Origin: Promethearchaeota archaeon
GTDB taxonomy: Archaea > Asgardarchaeota > Lokiarchaeia > Sigyniarchaeales > Promethearchaeaceae
NCBI GenBank assembly: GCA_016933055.1
Contig: JAFGBS010000009.1
Coordinates: 240,001-272,000 of the forward strand
Reading direction: 5' to 3'
Length of the DNA: 32,000 bases
Below, piece by piece: positions 8,702 to 18,175 of this stretch (position 1 is the first letter of the stretch; each line of letters starts with the position of its first letter). The translations under genes and the position numbers were made by a program. The notes below the pieces were generated by a model. The model was not told the DNA's origin and searched no databases. It saw only the letters and a program-made list of their open reading frames with translations.

Positions 8702-10635
8702 AAAAACGAACTTAATTGTTCTGCTATCTTATTTGGTTTATTAGGTACAACTATTAAGTTTTGAGCAAACCATTTTGAAAGTAAACCTCGATACTGGTTG
8801 AATCGATTGTCCATTAAGATAATTGCACCCTTATCCTCTAATCTGCGTATCGGTCGTCCTGCAGCTTGATTTGCACGCTTAACAGCTGGACCTAGATAAG
8901 CATAATTCCAACCTTTCCGAGATCCAAATTTTTCATCATAATATTTAATTTTTGCATCGGAACGTGGAGTAGGCTTATGAAATGGAAATCCCACTACAAC
9001 CACTGCATTCATAAAATCCCCTGGAAAATCTTCTCCCTCGCTATTCCGACCCCCACATACCCCTAATAACACAGCTCCACGACGTTGGGCTGCAGATTTA
9101 AAATTGTGGATCATATTTGCATTATCCGAAGCAGATTTCTGGGATTCCTCGATAAAAACTTCTTTATTAGAAAAACGAATAAGATCTAATAGTCCACTTT
9201 TAACTAGCGCATTAAGAATTCCATAAGAGGCACAAAAGATCCCCACATTTTTAGGAGTATTAAATAAAACTTCAGAAATTAATTCATTCATATCCTCAAA
9301 AGTCTTCTGACTTCTATTTTGATAACGGGTGTTCAACTGGTCAATTAGTAATGCTTTGACGTGATTTTCGGGAAATGGGCTATCAATTTCGATTACATGG
9401 GTTATACGGGGCAATTCATCTAACCCAAGTAATTTGATGTATATCTCCGCATTTAAAGTGCCTGAACAACTACATGTAGCATAACAAGGGATAAATACTT
9501 CTTTGGAGATTTCTCTTGGATCTAGAGCTACAATCTCAAGGTGGAAGATTTTCTCACCTGTTTTTCGTATTTTGGGTACTATACAAAAAAAATAATTATC
9601 CTTATCTCGGATCTGTACGAGTTTTTCCATGAATTGCGCAACATTTCCAATAAAATCGATAGGATTCATCCCCGCTGAAAGTTTCTCGTGCATCAATCCC
9701 TCACCATAACCTTTCAAATCAATTATTGCATCGTGTAATTCATCAATTGAGTCCACTCGGACATCTTTCACCAGACGATTAAGAATGATGATCGGATTAA
9801 GAGCAATCTCTTCATTTTTGACTTTTGGTTCTAAAGCATTAATAAGATCGATCCATGTTTCGACTAAACGAATATAATCTATATGAGCTCTATTTGTGCG
9901 AAGTTCTTTGCTTGCTTGATTTAGTGCATACGTAGTTAAACGTGATGAGTCAATCTCTGCCAGCATATCTGGAAGATTATGACATTCGTCCATGATGATA
10001 ATGGTCTTATCCAATTCGATTTTCGCACCAGCGAGGAAGGTTTTTCGAATATCAGGATTAAAAATCCATTGATAATTACAGACAATCACTTGTACAGCTT
10101 GCATCATGAAGCGAGCAAAAAAATAGGGACAAATTTCATTATTAATGCAGATTTGGATTAATTCCTCTGCATCTATACTACTATTCATAATCACCGATGA
10201 CAATTTCGATTCTCGTTTCAACTTCATTACTTTATTATAATATCGACAATTCTTGTTTTTTCGCAATTCCGAACAGATATTCATGATATCCGTAGGAGAT
10301 CCCTTTATCTTTTGGACAATTTTATGAATACACATTTCTTTACGCCCTCGGATGGATATAGCAGAGATTTCTACATTCACTTTAGTATTTATATTTGTGA
10401 TCTCCTCAATTACGCGGGCATTTTGACTATGAGTTCGACACAAATAAATAAGTTTCATGTCCGTATTCATAATGATAGGTAAGGATGCAGCCAAATTACA
10501 CACAGTTTTTCCTGTTCCATTTGGTGCAATTAACAACGAATGTTCTTGTGCTTGGAATGCTCTATAGATGGATTGAATAACTTCTTCTTGGCTTTTTCTA
10601 TAGGTTTCGTAAGGAAAAATATCTTTATAATCCAT
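8698..10635 (-). CDS. xpd: XPD/Rad3-family Fe-S ATP-dependent DNA helicase
   Basis: Q motif PYETYRKSQ, Walker A APNGTGKT, DECH, four Fe-S cysteines (EMC, NIC, KNC, EICPY), SEGEDF and QAAGRPIR. Confidence 0.93.
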   Translation of the reverse strand: MDYKDIFPYETYRKSQEEVIQSIYRAFQAQEHSLLIAPNGTGKTVCNLAASLPIIMNTDMKLIYLCRTHSQNARVIEEITNINTKVNVEISAISIRGRKEMCIHKIVQKIKGSPTDIMNICSELRKNKNCRYYNKVMKLKRESKLSSVIMNSSIDAEELIQICINNEICPYFFARFMMQAVQVIVCNYQWIFNPDIRKTFLAGAKIELDKTIIIMDECHNLPDMLAEIDSSRLTTYALNQASKELRTNRAHIDYIRLVETWIDLINALEPKVKNEEIALNPIIILNRLVKDVRVDSIDELHDAIIDLKGYGEGLMHEKLSAGMNPIDFIGNVAQFMEKLVQIRDKDNYFFCIVPKIRKTGEKIFHLEIVALDPREISKEVFIPCYATCSCSGTLNAEIYIKLLGLDELPRITHVIEIDSPFPENHVKALLIDQLNTRYQNRSQKTFEDMNELISEVLFNTPKNVGIFCASYGILNALVKSGLLDLIRFSNKEVFIEESQKSASDNANMIHNFKSAAQRRGAVLLGVCGGRNSEGEDFPGDFMNAVVVVGFPFHKPTPRSDAKIKYYDEKFGSRKGWNYAYLGPAVKRANQAAGRPIRRLEDKGAIILMDNRFNQYRGLLSKWFAQNLIVVPNKPNKIAEQLSSFF

Positions 10636-10750
10636 GGATTAATACCCTCTCTCTACATTCATACTACTTAAAGCACATGATTTAAAGCTACCTAGCTTGG
10701 TACAATTAAGTTTTTTTAAAGATATAATATATTAAATATATAACAGGGGT

Positions 10751-11557
10751 GTGATGATGCAACAAAATCGTAAAAACCTTCAAAAATATAGCACTCTAAT
10801 ATCATTCAGTGCAGTTTTTTGGGGATTTTTTATAGGAGCAATCTTTCAAGGGTGGGATGCCATCTCCCTTCTTTTCATCCCCCTTAGTCATTATCTATTT
10901 TTTCTGTGGCTTCAGCTGGAATGGATCCTAAAAACTCCAATGGACCATAAAACCTACTACATACATGCTTTCACTTTAGGAAATTCAGAAAAAATTTCCC
11001 GAAGATATCTGTATTGCTCAATTTTTGAACTGATTATTATTATCACTATGGGTATCGAGTCTATCTATCATCCTCACCTAGTTGAGAGATATTTTATCTT
11101 GTACATTATCCCTTTCGTGATCATTTTCCTCTTCTCCCCTTACTTCACTATGCATGATCTCGGAAAAAACTGCATGATCATTCTAAAAGGGTCAAAAAAT
11201 GAACTCCCTATTACTGTCAATTTTAAAAAACAAACAATTAAGGTTCTTCACAACACAATACTGATTATTGACATTGCTTTAGTGGTATTATGGATAGGAT
11301 TTGTGATTTTGGGATATTTCGGTATTTTTTATTATCCCGTGTTCGTTCCACCATCTACTCAAGCCATTAAATTATCCTACCTATTGATAATTTTAATCAT
11401 TTTTACTTTCGTGCAGCAAGTAGCCTATTTGATATTTGTCCATATTTTTATACTGAACCAAACTTACCTTATTGTGCAAAACACTCCAGAACTTAAAGCA
11501 ATTTTCAGTTCCCTATTAGACACTTATTTCATACTTCCCCGATTTTTCAAAGCTTGA
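10751..11557 (+). CDS. hypothetical polytopic membrane protein (about 6 TM)
   Basis: Multiple long hydrophobic stretches, G-rich SD-like ggggt before the start, 34-nt 3' overlap with glgA. Confidence 0.75.
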   Translation: MMMQQNRKNLQKYSTLISFSAVFWGFFIGAIFQGWDAISLLFIPLSHYLFFLWLQLEWILKTPMDHKTYYIHAFTLGNSEKISRRYLYCSIFELIIIITMGIESIYHPHLVERYFILYIIPFVIIFLFSPYFTMHDLGKNCMIILKGSKNELPITVNFKKQTIKVLHNTILIIDIALVVLWIGFVILGYFGIFYYPVFVPPSTQAIKLSYLLIILIIFTFVQQVAYLIFVHIFILNQTYLIVQNTPELKAIFSSLLDTYFILPRFFKA

Positions 11558-13323
11558 TTATAAAGCTTCGGTAGTTTCTGAGTTACTTGATTCCATCTGA
11601 AGTTCTCCTCAACTCGCTTAATTGCATTATTTCGGATAAGTGTCGCTAGATTGGGATAAAATTCGATAATTTCTTGTAAAACTGGGTGTTTTATGAACTT
11701 CTTGAGGGAACTTATACGATCTTGGTTATTAAATGATCCATACTTAGTTTGTTCACCAATCTTAACGATAGAGATTACGTCAGAAACGGCGTCTGCGAGC
11801 AATACGGGTTCTTCCATCCGTACTAACAATCCGGTTCCTCGTAGTTTTTCTTTTCCAATATCAACCACAATCTCTTGTAATCCTCCCGTTTGAGACGCCA
11901 CGACAGGGACTTTTGCTACCATAGCTTCAAGAGCCATGATTCCAAATGGTTCCCAACGAGATGGAGCACAATACACATCTGCTGCGAGATGCATTAGAAA
12001 AAATAACGAAAAAACCTTACCAAATATCATGCGTACGTTATCTGTGAATAATTTTATCCTCTCCAGATAGTATTCCAAATCTGGAATCGCAAATTCTGTG
12101 GGAAGTACAGACAATATGAATTTAGTATCAGGATGGACTTTTAATATCATAGGCACTGCGTCAAGTAACACATCTATACCCTTTTGTTTAGAGATTCTCC
12201 CCGTAGTTATAACCAAAGGACCATCTTCATAGAAATTCGCTATTTTTCCACGACATACACCATCAGAATCCTTCATATAGGGAAAGAAGGTTAGAAGGTC
12301 TTCTAATGCTTTTTGGACCTTTTTTGAATCGATAACAGGTTCGAAATCCTGCAAATAACTAAATCCTCTAGTTAATAGAAAACGTCTGAATGTACTGCGT
12401 GAATACCAGTTTTTTGAACCTAAAGCCTTTAACCCCGTTTCATAAGAATTTTTAACCGAATTTAGCAAAGAATCATATTCCCAATCGCAACCATTCCATA
12501 TGTAGTCTATTTTGGGATAGATCCATCCTCCTCCTAAATTTCCAACAACATTTGATAACGCATAGTCTTCACTTACGCTTGTGACTAAATCTGCAAAATA
12601 AACCCCGATTTTTTCTAAAGTTGGTTCAAAAAACTCAGAACCCTTGCAAAATCGATAAAATTCAGAAAAATTAAAGGTCTTGTGTTCACCTCCAATGAAT
12701 ACATCAAATGGTATCTCCTCTATACCACATGCTATTAAAAAATCTGAATTTTTCCGAGGCCAAGTAAGTAAATGAACTGTTAAAATCGTCGCTACGTCCC
12801 TTTCTTGTTTCAATAATTCTTGTCTGCAACAAATCATAGCTGGTACCCCATGGTGATCGTGGCAATGGATAAGATCGGGAACCTTCATCGGATTTTCATG
12901 GAGCAAGGACTTAATATAATGTTTCATGCCCAAGGAAAACAGAACGAACTTTCCTGAAAGGGAATCAGGGCTATATACTGTAGGATCATTAAGAATTCTT
13001 GACGAAAATTCATTTTTACCAGCAAGTATAATAACATTAATGCCATTGAGATGCCCTATGTAATATTCGATATGGATAGATTCTATTGTATCTCCCAACT
13101 GAAGATTAAGAGCATTAATTGTGGTGGTACATTCGTAATCAAGTTTGTGTAATTTTAGTTTTTCTCGTATAGCAGATTCTTTATGAACACCATGAGATGG
13201 AATGAATAGAGTGATATTATACTGATCCGCTAGCCATTTTGTTTGATTTGCGGGGACCTCACCTAATCCCCCTACTTTGATAATTCCTGCATACTCAAAG
13301 GAAAATACCCAGAGGTTTTGCAT
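11524..13323 (-). CDS. glgA: glycogen/starch synthase (GT5)
   Basis: KVGGLGEV ADP/UDP-glucose loop, HCHDHH, GRISKQKG and PSRWEPFGIMALEAM. Confidence 0.9.
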   Translation of the reverse strand: MQNLWVFSFEYAGIIKVGGLGEVPANQTKWLADQYNITLFIPSHGVHKESAIREKLKLHKLDYECTTTINALNLQLGDTIESIHIEYYIGHLNGINVIILAGKNEFSSRILNDPTVYSPDSLSGKFVLFSLGMKHYIKSLLHENPMKVPDLIHCHDHHGVPAMICCRQELLKQERDVATILTVHLLTWPRKNSDFLIACGIEEIPFDVFIGGEHKTFNFSEFYRFCKGSEFFEPTLEKIGVYFADLVTSVSEDYALSNVVGNLGGGWIYPKIDYIWNGCDWEYDSLLNSVKNSYETGLKALGSKNWYSRSTFRRFLLTRGFSYLQDFEPVIDSKKVQKALEDLLTFFPYMKDSDGVCRGKIANFYEDGPLVITTGRISKQKGIDVLLDAVPMILKVHPDTKFILSVLPTEFAIPDLEYYLERIKLFTDNVRMIFGKVFSLFFLMHLAADVYCAPSRWEPFGIMALEAMVAKVPVVASQTGGLQEIVVDIGKEKLRGTGLLVRMEEPVLLADAVSDVISIVKIGEQTKYGSFNNQDRISSLKKFIKHPVLQEIIEFYPNLATLIRNNAIKRVEENFRWNQVTQKLPKLYNQALKNRGSMK

Positions 13324-13419
13324 CTGTGTTAAACGCCGTGAATTTTATTATGTACAATATGTTTATCTAGCTTTATCCTCTAAATATATTTATTAATTCT
13401 AAAATGAGAGAATGATAAT

Positions 13420-14232
13420 ATGAGTGATATGAATGAAGAAAACCTAGCTTGCTTGCCGGCAAAGGATGCAAAGCTGGTTGCAAATGAAGAAAAGATCAAT
13501 TTAGTTAAAGACAAGCATCCCTCCTTCATTGTGGGGTTTCTAGGCGCCGGACTGGTCGGTAATATAGTCGCATCGACACTAGTTGAGCAATTAAACTGTG
13601 AACAGATTGGTTTTGTGAACACAAATGATCTGCCTCCTATTGCAATTTTCTATGATGGTATCTTAAAACATCCGTTTCGATTATACTATTCAAAGGAAAA
13701 AAACATCGTGATAGCGCAATGTGAAGTTCCTTTCAATAATTCCTCGACTTACCAAGACTTAGCACGATTATTATCGCAATGGGCATTAAAGATCGGGATT
13801 GTGGAAGTATGCACAATTCAAGGAATCGTAGGTCCTGCAGAATCATTTCCTCCAGAAAACCCCCCCGTCTATGTAGCGGCTGAAAAGGAGATCATCGAAC
13901 GCTTAAGAAAAACAAGCGAAGTGCAAATATTACCCCGTGGACTAGTATTAGGTCCTGAAGCAGCTTTATTAAATGAAGGATTAAGTAACAGGTTGAATTG
14001 TTATGCACTTTTAGTTCCCGTCAATCAACAAATTCCTAGTCCAGATGGTGCTTCAGCTATCATACATGAATTAAATAAAATCTACGGACTGACGATCGAT
14101 ACAAGTAAACTTATGGAGGACGCACAGAAGATTCGGGAAAAATTGATGGAACTCAATCAGAAAACACAGCAACAACACGGTCAGATGGTTGAGATGAATA
14201 AATCTGAACCCTCTCAGAACATTTACTTATAA
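13420..14232 (+). CDS. PAC2-family proteasome assembly chaperone/activator (Pba-like)
   Basis: GFLGAGLVGNI, PPIAIF..G...HPFRLY, GLVLGPEAALL, PSPDGA; ends in Ile-Tyr-Leu. Confidence 0.88.
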   Translation: MSDMNEENLACLPAKDAKLVANEEKINLVKDKHPSFIVGFLGAGLVGNIVASTLVEQLNCEQIGFVNTNDLPPIAIFYDGILKHPFRLYYSKEKNIVIAQCEVPFNNSSTYQDLARLLSQWALKIGIVEVCTIQGIVGPAESFPPENPPVYVAAEKEIIERLRKTSEVQILPRGLVLGPEAALLNEGLSNRLNCYALLVPVNQQIPSPDGASAIIHELNKIYGLTIDTSKLMEDAQKIREKLMELNQKTQQQHGQMVEMNKSEPSQNIYL

Positions 14233-14422
14233 TTTTTTTCTTATACTTCTCCTATACTCATTATGGGTATCAACCTTCAATGGATGAATTGTGTTGTAAT
14301 GAATTTATCTGGATTTTCTGTAATTAACATGGGGAACTTTCTATTAGAGCAGTTGCAAATTCGCAAAATTAAAATCTAAGAGTTTATTGGATCATCTATA
14401 TTTTGATGGAAGGTAGAAATCT

Positions 14423-14710
14423 ATGAAAAAGAATGCACTAACCGACCTAGAAGGTATTTTTGTTAATTATCGACGAAGTCGACATAAGCAACATCTTAAG
14501 CACTCGATCCTAAAATTTCCGGGATATGATACGCGCAAAGCTGCTTTTATGTTGATTGGTAGGACCGTAGCATGGGATACACCATCTGGAAAGACTTTAA
14601 AAGGAAAGATTACCCGAGTGCATGGCAAAAATGGACAAGTGGTTGCATTATTTAAAAAAGCGGGATTGCCCGGTCAAGCTCTTGGACAACATATATATGT
14701 GGTTAAATGA
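14423..14710 (+). CDS. rpl35ae: 50S ribosomal protein L35Ae (eL33)
   Basis: VNYRRSRHKQ, LIGRTVAW, GKITRVHGKNG.V...F...LPGQALG. Confidence 0.95.
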   Translation: MKKNALTDLEGIFVNYRRSRHKQHLKHSILKFPGYDTRKAAFMLIGRTVAWDTPSGKTLKGKITRVHGKNGQVVALFKKAGLPGQALGQHIYVVK

Positions 14711-14791
14711 GCTAGGAAACTCTCTTTCATTTTATGGATAGGAATTGCTTTTTCCTACCTGCTAGTAAAAGGATTAAAAAAATAAATTTTC

Positions 14792-16129
14792 TTATTTAAA
14801 GGATATATATTCATACGCTCTGGTTTTTGTGGGAAAACAATAATGAAGGGTCTGAAAATCTTTTCGGAATTCTTCAACTTCCTCTTTTATGACTTCAGGC
14901 TTTTTCTGATCGACCACTATTTTTTTCATTAATTCGGAAATGGAGACCATATCTCTTTCTTTCATTCCTAGTCGGGTAACTTCAGATACCCCAAGACGAA
15001 TGCCTCCAGGATTCGTGTAATTCCTATTATCTCGAACGATGTCCCATGGAAGTAAATTACGGTTAATAATGATATTCGCTTTTTCCAATGCTTTCTCGAT
15101 GTCTCCACCTAGTCCGATAGTGTTTTCAAAATTTGTTATATCCGCAACCACTTGGTGGCTTTCCGTGAATCCTTTATGTTCGCATAAAATCTTGAATCCC
15201 CGTTCATGCAAGGCTTGAGCCAATGCTTTTGCATTTTTAATCACTTGAGCATGGTATTCTATACCGAATTCTAGCATTTCTGCGAGAGTAATCGCTAAAC
15301 CTGCGACATTGTGTAAATGATGATTCGATAGCATAGCAGGAAATGCACATTTTTTCAAGAGTTCAATTTCCTCGGAATCTTTTGTATCTGATAGTACAAT
15401 ACCATGTTGTGGTCCAGGGAAGGTCTTATGGGTACTACCCGTCATAATATCTGCACCCTCACGAAGAGGATCTTGGAAATATCCTGAACCAATTAACCCT
15501 AAAACATGTGCTCCATCATACATTACTTTCGCTCCTACTTCTCGAGCGACTTCGCTCAACTCTTTCACTGGATGAGGAAATAAGAAAACTGAACCCCCAA
15601 ATAACAACAGTTTTGGTTTTTTTTCTCGAATTATTGCAATGGATTGATCTACATCAATGTTCATTTCTTCCCAATTGAATTTCAAATATTCAATATCTAA
15701 TCCATGAACTGCACCTGCAGTACCATTAATCAGATTTTTCGAAACTCGCCCATATTTAGGTCCATGGGATATGTGCCCACCGCTAGGAATAGGCATACAA
15801 CTCATGATATCACCCGGTTCTGTGTATGCTGTATACGCTACAAGATTTGCAACGACTCCTGAGATTGGACGTACGTCTGCAAAATTCACACGAAAATATT
15901 TTTTAGCTAGGTCAATGGCAATTTGCTCAATTTGATCTAACCATTCACATCCCGCATATACTCGTTCTCCAGGCCATCCCTCTGCATATCGATGGCTTAA
16001 ATCACTATTACAAGCTTCTCGGCATTGAATTGAGGTTACATTTTCGCTGGCAATTAAGGGAATCGCGTTTTCAAATGCATTATGATGTTCGATTAAAAGA
16101 TCTTGAACTTTTTTAAGTGTATTTGACAT
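14792..16129 (-). CDS. glyA: serine hydroxymethyltransferase, archaeal type
   Basis: LIASEN, RYAEG, PLP lysine in STHKTFPGPQHG, NHHLH and GIRLGVSEVTRLG. Confidence 0.96.
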   Translation of the reverse strand: MSNTLKKVQDLLIEHHNAFENAIPLIASENVTSIQCREACNSDLSHRYAEGWPGERVYAGCEWLDQIEQIAIDLAKKYFRVNFADVRPISGVVANLVAYTAYTEPGDIMSCMPIPSGGHISHGPKYGRVSKNLINGTAGAVHGLDIEYLKFNWEEMNIDVDQSIAIIREKKPKLLLFGGSVFLFPHPVKELSEVAREVGAKVMYDGAHVLGLIGSGYFQDPLREGADIMTGSTHKTFPGPQHGIVLSDTKDSEEIELLKKCAFPAMLSNHHLHNVAGLAITLAEMLEFGIEYHAQVIKNAKALAQALHERGFKILCEHKGFTESHQVVADITNFENTIGLGGDIEKALEKANIIINRNLLPWDIVRDNRNYTNPGGIRLGVSEVTRLGMKERDMVSISELMKKIVVDQKKPEVIKEEVEEFRKDFQTLHYCFPTKTRAYEYISFK

Positions 16130-16242
16130 ACGAATACATTCCTTGAAAACCCATAAAAATGTTATCTTTCGAGAAATAGAGACCTAAGTTCATTTAAAGT
16201 AAAATTATTAACAGAAATAGATTGAAAAACTAAAAATTGATT

Positions 16243-17172
16243 TTATTCGTTCGTTTTTTCGCTGGATCCACTAGATTCAAATAATGCTCTTGCTTCGAAG
16301 ATATTGAGTTTTTCACCCTTCTTCTTCTTATCTAAAGCATCCTGAAGCGTCATTTCTTGTATCTGATGTTGCATCTTTTTCGAAAGTTTACCACCCGCAA
16401 TACGAGTAATCTTACGTTTCTTTTGGGATGTTCTCATTTCTTTATATTTATTATGATACATGTCAGCGGTGATTTTGCTTTGGATAAATTCTGCTTGGAT
16501 ACGATCCAGCTCTTTTCTCTTCATGTCATTTTCTTTAAATAATTCCATCATTAAAACATGATAATTCTGACTTTCTTCACTGTTTTTCTGGATCTGGATG
16601 TTAAATTTATCCAATTCTTTTCGCAATTTTGCGATATCTTTTTGTACTTTAACTGAAGCCATGGATGCATTTCGTTGGGCTTCCAATTCTGCTTTTGCTA
16701 CCTCTAATTTCTGAATTTGTTGGATGATATCATTCTCTTCTTTAATATCCAATGTATCGGTAATGATCTTCTTTTCCAAGTGACGAATTTGTCCAACCAC
16801 TTTTTTCAGAGTCGGACCTTTTTTATTTTTCTCGGTTTTTCGACGAGATTCTTCATCTTGTTTTGCGTTTTTTAATTCTGTCTTTAGATCACGTAATTTG
16901 TTATATAATACCTTTTTCTCATTTTTAAGATCCTGAATTACTGCATTAAGTTCATCCCGTTTCGTCTTATACTCAAAAGCACGTTCCCTATTAATTCTCC
17001 ATTCGTCCTCTATTTCTCTTCTCTGTTGTCCCAACTGTTTCGTTTGTTGATTAAGTTCATCTCGCTTTTCTTTTAGAACTTCAACATCATCAATGGATTC
17101 AAGTTCAGCATTTACCTGCATAGAAATCTGATCCTTAAGTTGCTTCACATTTATGTTATTTCGTTTACTCAT
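16243..17172 (-). CDS. archaeal long coiled-coil protein (COG1340-like)
   Basis: Heptad-rich K/E/Q sequence, central I..LE..I.T..L...EE..II..I..LE motif, terminal KKKGEKL motif. Confidence 0.75.
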   Translation of the reverse strand: MSKRNNINVKQLKDQISMQVNAELESIDDVEVLKEKRDELNQQTKQLGQQRREIEDEWRINRERAFEYKTKRDELNAVIQDLKNEKKVLYNKLRDLKTELKNAKQDEESRRKTEKNKKGPTLKKVVGQIRHLEKKIITDTLDIKEENDIIQQIQKLEVAKAELEAQRNASMASVKVQKDIAKLRKELDKFNIQIQKNSEESQNYHVLMMELFKENDMKRKELDRIQAEFIQSKITADMYHNKYKEMRTSQKKRKITRIAGGKLSKKMQHQIQEMTLQDALDKKKKGEKLNIFEARALFESSGSSEKTNE

Positions 17173-17317
17173 ACCAAATCAATAAAAATAGCCAATTAGC
17201 CGAATAATGTGCTGTGTTTAAATTAATGGGATCGAATAAAAAATTTTTCGAATCAATACAAAGGTAAACTCGCCAAATGAATTACTTTTTTGGGGATTTG
17301 GTGTTAATGAGACTTAT

Positions 17318-18175
17318 ATGCAACAGATCAGAAATATCATCCACGATCAAGACCTTGTTTATATAGTGTATGATACTAAAAAGCGCAAATGGTTGCGCAA
17401 AGTTTCTTCTGGAGAGCAATTTCATACGGATCGGGGCTACTTAGATTATGATGACATTATTGGAAGGGAATTCGGATCAATTGTTTTATCCAAGCCTTAT
17501 GGTCACAAATTTTTTGTGTTCAAACCCTTACCTTCTGATATTATCATCAATATGACTCGTGCATCTCAAATCATCTATCCAGAAGATATTGGTCTTATTT
17601 TGATCTATACGGGTATAAATTCTGGTAGTATCGTAGTGGAAGCAGGAACGGGCTCTGGGTCTCTAACAGGTATATTAGGTAAATATGTACAACCGCATGG
17701 GCATATCTACAGTTATGATATACGAGATTCAGCAATAAAGCAAGCTCGAAAAAACATGAAGAAATTGGGCGTATCTGAATCCGTCACCATCACAAAAGCA
17801 GACATACTTACGGAAGTAGATCATGAAGATGTAGATGTAGTTGTATTGGATTTAGCTACTCCATGGCTGATGATGGAAAAAGTGCACAGTTTTTTAAAAA
17901 ATTCAGGAGTGGTGTGTTCATTTTCACCCGTAATTGAACAAGTAATAAAGACCCATGAAGCACTTAAAAATAATCATTTTCATGATATCAATACTTATGA
18001 GTTATTAAAGCGGGAAATCCGAGTTAAAGCCAACGCAACTCGTCCCAATTCCCGAATGATTGGCCATACTGGATACATGACATTTGCTCGTAAATTAAAT
18101 CCGTATATACCCGAAAACGAACAGAAAAAATCCGAAAACAAAGGAGAAATTTTACCGTTTCCAGCGGATTTTTAA
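17318..18175 (+). CDS. trmI: tRNA (adenine-N1, m1A57/58) methyltransferase
   Basis: QIIYPEDIG, EAGTGSGSLT SAM motif, LDLATPW, FSPVIEQV and GHTGY. Confidence 0.95.
   Translation: MQQIRNIIHDQDLVYIVYDTKKRKWLRKVSSGEQFHTDRGYLDYDDIIGREFGSIVLSKPYGHKFFVFKPLPSDIIINMTRASQIIYPEDIGLILIYTGINSGSIVVEAGTGSGSLTGILGKYVQPHGHIYSYDIRDSAIKQARKNMKKLGVSESVTITKADILTEVDHEDVDVVVLDLATPWLMMEKVHSFLKNSGVVCSFSPVIEQVIKTHEALKNNHFHDINTYELLKREIRVKANATRPNSRMIGHTGYMTFARKLNPYIPENEQKKSENKGEILPFPADF

Noticed and set aside
8698-8724. XPD C-terminal QLSSFF as a PIP box
   Set aside because: A terminal L..FF helix is common in XPD/DinG helicase domain 2, and the Gln is not at PIP position 1.
8698-18175. Convergent 3' overlaps (8698-8701, 11524-11557, 18172-18175) as antisense regulation
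   Set aside because: Ordinary for compact archaeal genomes; nothing specific supports a regulatory role.
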